Shown: one piece after another, positions 1-10,992 of the stretch
How the letters are laid out: each line of letters starts with the position of its first letter
Position numbering within the stretch: the stretch's first letter is position 1
DNA from: Thalia democratica
Taxonomy: Eukaryota
DNA length: 64,000 bases
Direction of reading: 5' to 3'
Assembly (NCBI GenBank): GCA_965202585.1
Contig: OZ241828.1
Location: forward strand, 38,130,001 to 38,194,000
Notes under the pieces: model-generated
Databases searched by the model: none
What the model was told of the DNA's origin: nothing
The model's input: the letters and a program-made list of their open reading frames with translations, nothing else
Translations under genes and position numbers: made by a program

Positions 1-802
1 TCAAAAATATTTAAAATTTTGGAAAAAGTAAAAAATGAATTTTAGGTACTGGTTATACCTAACGTACAAATTGTTTATTCATTTTTAAATATTAATATAA
101 AATATATTAATTATGAATTGTGGCCCTCTAAAGTTTTAGAATTTGAATTGTGGTGCACTAATGGAAATTAAAATGCATTATTTATTATGTTAATTAAAAC
201 TACTGTTTTTAAAACTTACAAAACTTTACTTTCTTTTTATAAACTACAACCTTTAGCTAGTTTTTGTATTTATCAAAATATTTAATATGCTTGAAGAATT
301 GTAAATTATGAAAATAAAACTTCTATTAACACAAAATTTGTTTAATTAGCTTTAATATACTAATAGTTCAACAAAGCATTGGCTCTATATATGTACAAAG
401 TGAATACACCTTGATGTTAATTTTTTTTCTTAATAGCCTGTACTTAGTTATTTTAAGTACAATTAATTAAGTTTTCATTATAAGCCCTAATTTAAGAACA
501 TTATGTGTCTATCCACTTTTTTTTTAGATTTTATAGTTCACTAAGTAACGTTTGTAAAGTCAAAGTTTAACTATCTGTTGTATGGTCAATATTATCATCC
601 ATATATTAGTAGCTTTTTACATGATACCAAGTTTTGCTATACTATAAAACACAAAGGTACAAGTTTACTTAAATATGTTTTGTTTTGCTTCATATAACTT
701 TTAGTTTTTTTTTGTTTTGGTTTTTAACATGTGCCATGTATCTACTTTAATGCATTTTAAAATTAAATATAAAACAGACTAGCAATGTATGGTGAAACTT
801 AT

Positions 803-884
803 TGTTAAAGTCTTATTGTCTTATTAAAATGTTAAAGTCTTATTGTCTTATTAAAGTGTTAAAGTCTTATTGTCTTATTGTTAA
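803..884. repeat. Tandem repeat, ~27-bp unit x3
   Basis: tgttaaagtcttattgtcttattaaa(a/g) repeated. Confidence 0.85.
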
Positions 885-1200
885 AAAGGAAATCTCACAA
901 ATTTATCACCTTACAACCATTTAAGTTTAAAACTGCTGCTAAGTTTTTTATTTTAAAAATACACCGTTTTAGTTTCTAGTTGAAAAAAATAAATTATGGA
1001 ACCTTAAAACCTTACAAAAACTTAAGACTCTACAGACATTAGATATTACGAGATTTGTAATGTAGGAATTTAATAAAATGTTTCAAACGACAGGACTTGT
1101 TATTTATCGTATATCTATCTCCTTTAGTTTTTAGTTAGAACTGTATTTGTTTTATTTAGAATAGATGTCGGCAGCTTTTTAAAAAGAACGTACTAAGATT

Positions 1201-1472
1201 ACTGGAAAAAGTTCTTCGCACGCCACAGTTTTTTTGCGAAGTTTTATCAAAAAATAAAAAAACTGATAAATATGACGTGTATTGAATTAAAAATAAAAAA
1301 ACATTTCACACTTACAAAAGAAGCACTTACAAGCATAAAAAAAAACATACTCGTATGCTTGAACTTGCTTCTCCTGCATTAGTTGTTGAACTTGCTTCTA
1401 ATAAGCACGTCGTGGGCCACAAATTTTGATTGGAGGGTCTCATTTGGCCGTTTGGCAGTTTGCTGACCCCTG
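1201..1472 (+). mobile_element. Degenerate hAT-type MITE (3' end preserved)
   Basis: Ends in gggccacaaat...catttggccgtttggcagtttgctgacccctg, a typical hAT MITE terminus. The 5' TIR was not found, so the start is approximate. Confidence 0.55.
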
Positions 1473-1678
1473 ATTTTGAACCAAAAGTATATATTTACAT
1501 TAAAAACCAGATATAAAACGTAGCAGCAGAGCATAAAAACAAAAAAAGTTGAAATTGAAATTAAGTACTTGATTATGATGTCATCTTTTATCCGAAGTTG
1601 ATTTGCAAAAATTGAAGAATTTAGTTTTTTTTTATGTCTTTTTTTAAGTTCTTGTTTAAAGATCGATGAAATCAGGCT

Positions 1679-4600
1679 ATGGAATATGAAAGTCGAACTA
1701 GTCTTGTTAGATTTTCATCAGTAAATCAAACATGTCCTAACGTCAGCTCAAAAAATCCGGGTACTGAAGGTAATGTGGTTTAAGTTTTACATCGCTCGTA
1801 CAAACTAGAATTAAAACTTTTAAACGATAACAAACTAACATTAGCGTGTTTTAAGTTATGTATTGATTTCTATTAATTTCAGCAAGTAAAACAACAAACT
1901 TAGTAACGTTAGTTCATACAAATATGCACTTTTATGCATTTAAAACAGTAGTAGTGGTAAGGTTTAGTCAGTACTTATAAACTAAAGAACGTTGAAAAAG
2001 GATAAAATGTTTATAATGAAAACTAATTAAAAACTGATCAATAGGTTATACTAGTTGAAATAGCGCTTTATTATTTATTTGAAACTATTTTAGAGCAACA
2101 ACATAAAAGTATTTACTAAAAAGTCTTTTTAACTAATGGTTCGAAATTTTTGTATGTAATTTATATAAATTTATAAAATGTATTCGAAACACTAACTTTC
2201 AAAATTTCTTTTAGTTAAAAGTTTTTAACATGAAAAATATCTTTATAAGCTTTAAAAATGAAAAGCAAAAGAAAAGCTTTTAAAATTTGGAAAAAACAAA
2301 GCAATAAAAAATTAAAAAAGAAGAAGTTTAGTTCTAAAAACTTAAACATAACAACTGAATCAAACGTTGTAGCAGCGAAGGCGCAAACCCTCACAGAAAT
2401 TTTTGGCAATTTAAAGGAAGTTTGTAAAAATTTAGCCGTTAGAGTGCAGTACTGCGTTGAAAACGAGGGAAATTTTGAAGAGGAAGAGACGGAAGAAGAC
2501 ACTGACGATGATGAAGAAGAAGAAAATGTAAACAATTTTTATTTCAAAAGTTTCAAACTCAAGTAGTTGCCTTTTTTTGATAATTAGTTCAAACAAAGTG
2601 ACTGGTCTTTAAAGAATCTAAACTGCCATTGCTATCTGAGTTACGTAAATTTTCTTTACTTTAAATTATTTGGTTACAAATGTTTCTAAGCTGCTCTCAG
2701 CCAACAAAGTTAAAAACATGTTTGTATATAAAGATATAAAAAAAAGGTTAAGATACTCTTGTTATCACAATACGCAGCTGGAAACAGTAATACAATTAAA
2801 ACATTACTTAGTGTTTATCGACAGTGTTCTATGTTAAGTTATAATTTTTATTTCTTAAACTTAATTTCATCAAAAACGATTTACTAAAATATCTTAGTCT
2901 ACAAAAAATGTTAGTCAGTTTTGGTTAATCAATCAGTTACAGAGCTTAACTTAAATATAAAATGTGTGCTATACAAATGACTCAAAAAATAAAAAAAATT
3001 ACATATAAACCTTCTTTTAATTTTAGCAGAATATTTTTATAAAAAAAAATTAAAACATGCTAATGTATTTTGATTGAAATTAAACTAAAAAAGATTCAGA
3101 AAAGAAATTTCCATCTAATACTTAAAATAAGTAGTGCATTTTGACCTAAAGGGTTATTATGTATAAATCTTGTACACTTACAATTCCCACCCACCATCAA
3201 TTCCTACCCGCACACTTTTCACCAAAAAGAGTTTTTATTTTCTTTAAATATTTATTTTTACTTTATTATTTTTTGTTTTTTATGAACTTTTTATTTACTT
3301 TTCTATCACTGTGACCCCTAACCCTTAGTCGGTAAGTGGTTCTCGGGTTTGATCGGGTAGGGGTTGTGCGCGGGTGGGAATTGGAATAAATCTATAAGTT
3401 TTAATAGTTACGTTAATTATATTTTATCAAAAATTACTTATAGCCTATTTAATATTCAATTTGTTTTGTATACACTGCCTAGAAAGTCTAATACTAGTGC
3501 TTACACTTTATCTCAAACAAGCTAATTAGTATTGTTTCACTTTTAGCTGATAAGATAGTTGTAAACTCTATAGGAAGAAAATGAAAAGAAAAACGAATTC
3601 ACTGAACTTCTTGACATATTAGAAATATACAATAGAAAAAAAGTTGATCAAAAGATTATAATGAAAGCAGTCTTGAAGAAATGTGACGACATTTTAAACT
3701 TGTAAGGGCTAACGTCATTTTAGTTTATTTTATTGAATTTTAATTAATAAGTATTCTAAAATTACCATGAATGCAGTTTTTAAAACGTTTAAAAAAAATA
3801 CTTTGCATGTTCTTTAGACATAAAATAATCTTTTGCTATACAAATGAACGACAATAAACAAAAATACTTTTAGACAAAAAAGTGTGTTAAAAAAAGTACG
3901 TATTAGGCAAACTATTCAAAATAGTGGTTTCTAAGCCTCGAAAAACAATTTAAAAAACCAAAGTAAAAACCAAAATGTAATTAAAAACAATATTAGAAAC
4001 GATAAAGAAAACGCTGAAAGTACTGACAAAAGTAAAGAAAATAAAACTGAAAAGGATGAAGATGTAAATAAAAACGAGCCAATGAGTTTTGATATAAGGT
4101 TAGTTGCAAGATGAAAAATGACCTGATATATCAACCAATAAAATTTGTTTGTGTTGGCTATTGATGAATAACGATTTGTTGAGGTTCATTTAGACTTTAG
4201 TTTTTTAGCAACTATTTTAATTAGCAAAGGGTAATTAGGTTAGGAAGTGTGTATTTAGTACTATAGGAAGTCTTTTTTAAGTATGTATAAGTAAATTTTT
4301 ATTAACTATTGAACTTTTTAGTTCGTCAATTAATAATCTGTAAAATCCTCTTAACGTGTTTTACCAATGTTGAATAAACTTTAAATTCTCTAAAGTTGCA
4401 TTTAATAGTTTTACGATTCTTTTCTGTATAAAAGCTCAACGTGAGACAAAAAATAGTACAGATTCTTTAAGAAAAAATGAAATTTTTAATTAATTTTTAT
4501 CGTGCACTATACAATCTTTTCAAAGTTTAATAACAACCAGATCTTCTAAGCAACTTCATTTCAACTGCTCAAACCAAAAAAAAAAAACATATTTCAGACT

Positions 4601-7600
4601 TCTGAGCGGAGACGCGGGCCAAAAAAAATTGGAGGAGTTCCTTGGGTGCAAGAAGCTGTCGTTCTTGGTGGACAAGGAGCAGGTGGAGGGTTGGAACGAG
4701 GACGAGGCGGAGGAGCTGGAGAAGATATTTCTGAGGAGGGCGGTGATGTCAGCGAGAAACGAGGGGGACATCTTGCAAGTGCTGAAGAAGTCGGCGCCGA
4801 AGAGCATAGCGGTGAAGCTGCTGCAGAAGAAGTATGAGATCAGGTTGTTTGAGTTTTGTTTGATAAATGGTGAAAATAAAAGTCGCTTTTTGGACTTGTA
4901 AGAATGCTGTTATAGACTTGAAACAGATAGAGTTGGTACCCTTAAACTACTTTTTATTTTGAAAGTAGAGCGGCAGACTACTTATTTTTTTTCGAAACCC
5001 ATTTGTAACGTTAGGCCATTCATGTAAAAGAACAAAATAGTTGAAATATCTAATTCCGCCAGTTTTTAAAATTTATAAGCTAACTGTACGTCACAATAAG
5101 CAAGCTATAAATTTTTGAAAACAAGAGCTTTGATTGAGTTTTTCTGCTAAAATTAGGAGTTTCTGCAAAAGTTTTAGTCGGTTTAGATCGCCACTAATGT
5201 TTAACAAATATGGAAAACTGTCTTATTCTTTATTACTTCTAATTTTTGCTTTCATTGTTGTTTTAAAAGTTTTAATGCACAAGCATTTGACAGTTTTTAT
5301 TTATTTTTTTAGTGGTCAACAGATATACGAATTGTTGTTAAAGTATTTTGTAAGCTAGTTAGAATTCAAAGATATTTTACCTACATATTAAAAGTGACCT
5401 TTTAAATCATGTAAAGTAAGTTATTTAGATATCTTTATGTTACCATATTCATACTCACCTATGAAATAGTGATATTTAGATAAATATGTGATTAAGATAT
5501 ATTGTACTTGTGAATTTAAGTATTTTTCATTAGGATGTGTCACTATACTAAGCCAATCTTAACATATAAGTAAGCAGCATTTATATAAGTAACCACTCCA
5601 AGACGCGTTAGTTGCACATTATTTGCGCAAATACATTTGTCAACAACTTTTTGAAAGATCACTCTTTAATTCAATATAATTAGAAATAATAAAAGTACAC
5701 TTTTTATTTAAAAATTTTTCACAGTGAACCTTCGTGTTTGTAAAGTTTTTTATTAATAATATTTAAGGTTTACAGAAATAATAATAATTGCCTATACTTT
5801 AACAACAAAATTTTAACAATTTAACGAAAATCAGCTTAAATCTTTGTTTATTCTATTATATCTTAGAGTTTTTTAGTTGGTGATCATTGCATTATGCACA
5901 AAACACTGATTTGAGTAAAAAACTCTGAATTTGAAAATGTTTCATTAATATTAATATTTACTTTATACAAGCCTAATTGGTTTATTTTATTCTGTAAAAA
6001 GTTTTAAAGACTCAGTATTTTTTCTACTCAAAATTAAATCGTTTTCTTTACTAATTGCTTTCATCAGTTAGAGCAGAAAAACGTGAAGAATGACAAAATA
6101 CTACATTCTGACATGAAATAGTTTTTAAGACAGTTATTGTCACCTCACAGATGGAACACGGCGTGCGGGGCAGCTGATGACTTTGACTTCTACTCTTTAC
6201 CAGCCCACTTCATCAAGGGCAGCGTGCGGAAAGCGCACATGCAGACGGTGCTGTGGAGCCAGAGGCAATCAATCGAGTCTGTCAACCCCGATAACAACCT
6301 CGGCGACTTCTGCCCTTCGTTTTTGTATCACAAGCAGTTAGTTTGCAACACGAATATACTTTCGGATATCTTTATAGTGTTTCTGAACATGGCTTGCATG
6401 GAAGACTCTAGTCTGCTAAACAAAAACAGTTTGTTTTAAGTTATGTTCCTTTAGCTGTTTTTGTAAGTTTTTGTTGAAACAGCTCCCCCTACCGGAAAGA
6501 AGGAGAAGGAAACGAGTCTCAGCTTCCCGTGCGCATGCGCAACGAGCCGCATTACGTGTGGAAAAAATGGAGTTTTAACAACTCGGAACCTAACCAATCG
6601 ACGCAACTCGAAGGGGAACAGCTTCCTCAAGAGCTAAGGTCAGTCATATGAAGCAGATAACATAAACTTGAGAATAATATGAATTTTGTGCAACTATTGC
6701 TTGTGTAAACCAACTCTATTGCAGCTGGATATCTCCGATGGTGAGGCTGCTCATAAGAAAGCTGTGCGAGCCGATCGACCGCGGGTTTTCCCCGGACGCC
6801 AGCGAAAACGTGATGTACATGCTGGTCGTGCACAGCACCTCGGAGCCGAGCCAGCCCGGAGAAAAAGGATTTAAAAGCCAAGTAGAGTTTTTGTTGGAAA
6901 ATTTAAAAGCGTCTTAAGTTGTTTCACAGTGAAACTTTGAAAAATATTGATTTAACAGCGAGCTTAATATAAATGCAGATTTTTTTTAGCACTAAAATAA
7001 ATTTACTTCTTAACTCATAAAAGTTTAAAAAGGTGTTCTGTAACACTTTTTTCGATGAAAGGCAACAAAATTGCTTAATATAACAATATCAAGTGAACCT
7101 CAGGCAAACATGCTCATCTCAAAACCTTTTGAAACCAAAGGTGTACATCGGATCGGCCGAAGACGGCCTGAAGGAGAAATTTTTCGGCGAAGGGGGTTTT
7201 TGCGAGAACATGGTGAGCATCAAGAAGCACTTCAGCAGCGCGGAGTTCTTCACCTTCCATCCCACCGCCCTCCTGGTCGAGATGCGGCTGATGCAGGCGC
7301 TGATCTCCGAGGAGAGGTTCGCCCTGTTCGCGCTCAACACCTTCGAAGACTCGCGCCAGCTGGCCAAGGAAGCGCAGGAGCTCGTGGGTTAGCGCGTTGA
7401 GTAAAAATTATGGGACTAAAGTTAGTAAATTAATTTCTCCCCCTCCTTCTTTCCGGTAGGGGGAGCTGTTTCAACAATAATAAAACACAATTATTTCAAT
7501 TCTAAATTATAAGACTTTATTCTAAAGTAAACAAAACTTTTAAAGGCCAAGCTTTATTCTTGAACAAAAACGAGCTGTGGGGCCCGGCCACCGACGTCCA

Positions 7601-7694
7601 CTTCGGCCTCAACTTGAAAGACGAAATGAAGGTCAGAAAAAACTCCCTGCCCAATTCCTTTCCGGGAAAAAGACGAAAAAAGCGGAAACATTAA
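1679..7694 (+). CDS. Uncharacterised 9-exon protein (~541 aa): basic and acidic N-terminal tracts, candidate GIY-YIG-like C-terminal domain, terminal basic NLS (KRRKKRKH)
   Basis: Exons 1679-1769, 2250-2527, 3574-3701, 4598-4831 (alternative donor 4843), 6151-6336, 6483-6638, 6725-6881, 7141-7387 and 7546-7694. All introns are GT..AG with matching phases, total 1626 nt = 542 codons. The 3' exons have strongly G/C-ending codons. AATAAA lies at 7700-7705. The first three AT-rich exons are less certain than the last six. Confidence 0.8.
3181..3383. mobile_element. MITE with a 12-bp TIR and TAACCCT core
   Basis: caattcccaccc (3181-3192) is the reverse complement of gggtgggaattg (3372-3383). Internal ctatcactgtgacccctaaccctt matches the 41.6-42.2 kb element in reverse. 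ataaatct is repeated at 3163 and 3386. Confidence 0.65.
3874..4098 (+). other. Exon-like block with one in-frame TAA in gene 1 intron 3 (poison exon, pseudo-exon or alternative last exon)
   Basis: Acceptor tacttttag|A at 3874 and donor AG|gttagt at 4098. Phase 2-2 matches the flanking exons. The frame is open except for TAA at 3932-3934 and encodes K/N/E/D-rich sequence like exon 2. Confidence 0.45.
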
Positions 7695-7699
7695 GCGCG

Positions 7700-7705
7700 A
7701 ATAAA
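7700..7705 (+). promoter_or_regulatory. Polyadenylation signal candidate for gene 1
   Basis: AATAAA 5 nt after the TAA at 7692-7694; the motif is common in AT-rich DNA. Confidence 0.4.
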
Positions 7706-9016
7706 TTACGAAAATTACTGGCGTTTGTTTTGTGCAATAGAAAAGTGTTTAAACGATTGTTTTAAAAATTAAACTGTTCGTAAAATATTTTAGATAGAAC
7801 TACTAAGGTAGTAAATGAGAAAAGTAGATCCAAGTTTTAAATTTTGATTGAAGATTTATAGTTTGCTGAAATTTGGTTTTTATATGAAAATTTCTAGTTT
7901 TATTGGATTTATAACTTACTTTTTGTTGTGAGAAATCATAATTCATTTAAGAAAAAGAGTTTATCTTTTAAGCACTTCGTAAAGTTTTTATGCAGAAGTT
8001 GTTTTTGGTACCTTGATTTTCTATTTAAATGGAACGTTTTCTTAGATAGTTTAATAAACTTAGAGACCCTTCTAATTACCGATTGTGTTTATCATTTTTC
8101 TCCGTTTTTTTTTATATTGTTAATGGTTCGAAGTAAGACATTGCTAATAAAGTTGTAAGAGTAGAGCTCAGGAAACATAATTGAGACAATAAAAACGGTA
8201 TAGCAGCTTAAAAGGTTGCTGCAAAATTGTCTATAAATATGTTTCTTACGATGAAATCTACCATCTGAGCTGAAATTCAATGTAATTTAGATTACGTAAG
8301 TTTTGTAAACTTTGTAAATAAATTTAAATTTATTCTAAACACTTTTTAAATGCATAATTTTAGTGCTTCGCAATCTTCAAACTACTTTACCACTATTTAC
8401 ACTTAACTTTTTAAAAAATTAAAAAATAACTTCAATAGTATTTTAAGTAGCCTTCAAACCGATGTAATAATTTTCGATCAGTATCTAGATAATTTTAAAA
8501 TTATTGTAAAATTGTATAAAAATTTAAAATTTACAAAAACTCTTGTAAAATCTACAAAAAGAAAACATTTAAGTTAAATAAATTCAGAAACAGACTAGTA
8601 AAGTTTTAACTAAATTAAGTTTTCATGAAGCATATGGCTAATTTTTGTATTCTTCTTTTTTTTTGAAAAGAGAATACAAACTTCAAAAAATTTAAACTTG
8701 TACTAAACCATAGTACTAACAAAACGTAGTGATGTTTTATTTTAACACAAAATCCTTGTGATTAATTAATAGTTGTTTAGGTAAAGATTGTAAACAAATA
8801 CTAAGTCTTTAAAGTGTACCTATTTAGCTAACTCGCAATAAATAACTTCTAAAGTTAACATCAAAAATGAAAAAACTGAGTGTTTGCATAAAACTGTTTT
8901 AACTATACTAGTATTCATAGTTTTCAAACTAAAACATTTAACGAAAACATGGTTTGTATTTTAATATTGTGATGATTTCGCATTTTATACATTTAATACA
9001 GTTACAGTGTATAGTT

Positions 9017-9040
9017 TATATATATATATATATATATATA
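9017..9040. repeat. (TA)n microsatellite
   Basis: Uninterrupted TA run of about 12 units. Confidence 0.9.
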
Positions 9041-9969
9041 CATAAAGTTTTGCTGTTTTGAAATAATTCAATACTTTTTGATTAAAAGTTATATTGTTAG
9101 TAACGTTTTTAAGCTGATCTACATTCTATAAATATTTTACTTAAAATTTCTGTAATCAAAAAACTTACATTGATTGAGTTTAAAAATTAGTTTTTTACGA
9201 AACTTAAAAGACTATCTTGTTTTGAATATAGTTTTTTTTAATAGTCTTAATTGAACTTATAAAAATCCTACATGCATTAGACTAAATAAAAAAAGGGGTA
9301 ATTTGGATGTAGTTGTTTACTACATATTCTACGACGTAGATAAAACAATTTCAAAGTCAGAGCTTATACTTATATAGTAGTACCATCAACTCATACTGAA
9401 AATATACTTTAAAAATTCGTTCATAGTTTAATCTATGTTTAAAAAATACCACATTGGTTAATTTTAAAGACTTTAAATAAAACTTTACCAGTTAAGACTT
9501 TTCTTAAAAACTATTTAGTACAAAGTTGTTAATTTAAAAACACTTAAACTTTAAACTTTGTTTTTAAAAGGTCTTAACTGTTACCCTTATAAAGTTAACA
9601 AATATAACAAAAGTAAACACTTTAAACACTTGAAGTCCTTAAGACGTAAAAAATTTAGCACCTTATACTGTGTGAATATGCCATACTTTGTTGACTAAAA
9701 CAACTAACTCTATTCTTTTGTGTAGTTTGTTTACATTCACAATGGTTTTTATTTATCTACTGGAAGGAATAAAAAACGAACCTTAGTAAAACAAAGTAAA
9801 TATCAAAATCTTTTCTTAAGGATAAAAGAAACGCTGAAAAATATTTATAATGTTTCACAAATATAAGTTTACTTTGAATGATTACTAACGTTCACTTGAA
9901 CAAACACTTTATGATAGAGTTTTTAATGACAACGGCGCAATAACGTTATTAAAATCAGCTCTTTATTCA

Positions 9970-10249
9970 AATGGGATGTGACCCGTGAAAGGTATAACCT
10001 GCATTTTGCGAGTATGCAAGGGTGGCCCGGGAAAGAAAATTTTCGAGACTTACACTAGATATTGTGAGGTTTGAAGTGAAGATCAAGAAAAAAAGGTCAT
10101 GACTAAAGTTTGAAGAAAATTTAAAAATTACAATAATTATTTCGGTAATGGTATTAAGAGGAAAACTGAAAATACGACTGTCGCCCGCGAATATTTTTAT
10201 TTACGAAACTTGGCCCGCGACCATATCACCAAATGCCTGTCGACCTCTG
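9970..10249 (+). mobile_element. Degenerate hAT-type MITE
   Basis: Repeated (g)gcccgcg motifs, a gaagatcaagaaaaaaaggtca box and a terminal gtcgacctctg. The start is approximate. Confidence 0.55.
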
Positions 10250-10920
10250 GTTAAAACTAAGAATTTATAAGCAAATAAACATCTGGCTTCAGCTAATACA
10301 TAAAATTGAAGAACTAAAAAATACTGATAATTCCACTTGGAAGTATTTTTAACGTTGAAAATAGAAGTTATTAGTAAAAATTAAATATTCATGAAATACT
10401 TTATAAAAAACACAATAAGAAAGAAAACTTTTTGTTAGTATACTTTTTTACATGAACTTATTGCTTTGTTTTTGAAAAAATACATTAGAAAATTGAAATT
10501 GTTGTACAGACTAAGATATAAACTTATGTGTTACTTTAAGAAATATAAGATTTTGGAAGTGTTTGTTTGTTTTTTAATTATTTATTTGCTAATCAGAGGC
10601 ATGTGAATAAAGTTATAAATGATATAGTGTATCATAAAAGATCTTTTATCGGTATATATTTTTAACTTTCAATAGTAATCAAAAATAATTGTTTTTTAAT
10701 TAAAATTCTTAAATTTTTTTTTTAATATAAAATTACAAACTGTTTTATGTTTAGTTTTTTGCAGTATTTATTGTTTTTTTATATACTTTTTATATTAATA
10801 TGATTTTTGTTACTTTTTATAAAAAAGAAATGACAAGTTTTTCAAAAAATAAAATTATAAGATAAAAGTTTTAGACTTTTTTAATCTACTATTGTAAATT
10901 GTTTATTGCACTATAAAATA

Positions 10921-10992
10921 AAAACTCTCAAAAAGTTTTGTCTTAGAATCTGGTGTACACAAAAACCTTTCAGTTATTGAATCGTACACCAC
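10921..10992. repeat. Short interspersed repeat family copy (diverged)
   Basis: ctggtgtacacaaaaacctttcagttattgaatcgtacaccac. Confidence 0.6.

Noticed and set aside
3932-3934. Reassigned genetic code (TAA as sense)
   Set aside because: No in-frame TAA occurs in any conserved GCNT or NFIL3 exon, and TAA terminates gene 1 and NFIL3.
6529-6541. NRF1-like GTGCGCATGCGCA site
   Set aside because: It falls inside a coding exon (VRMRN) and is explained by codon usage.
7388-7392. TAG at 7390-7392 as the end of gene 1 (ORF track)
   Set aside because: It lies within a GTTAGC donor. A phase-matched, GC3-rich exon follows at 7546-7694 with an NLS and AATAAA. A minor intron-retained isoform is not excluded.
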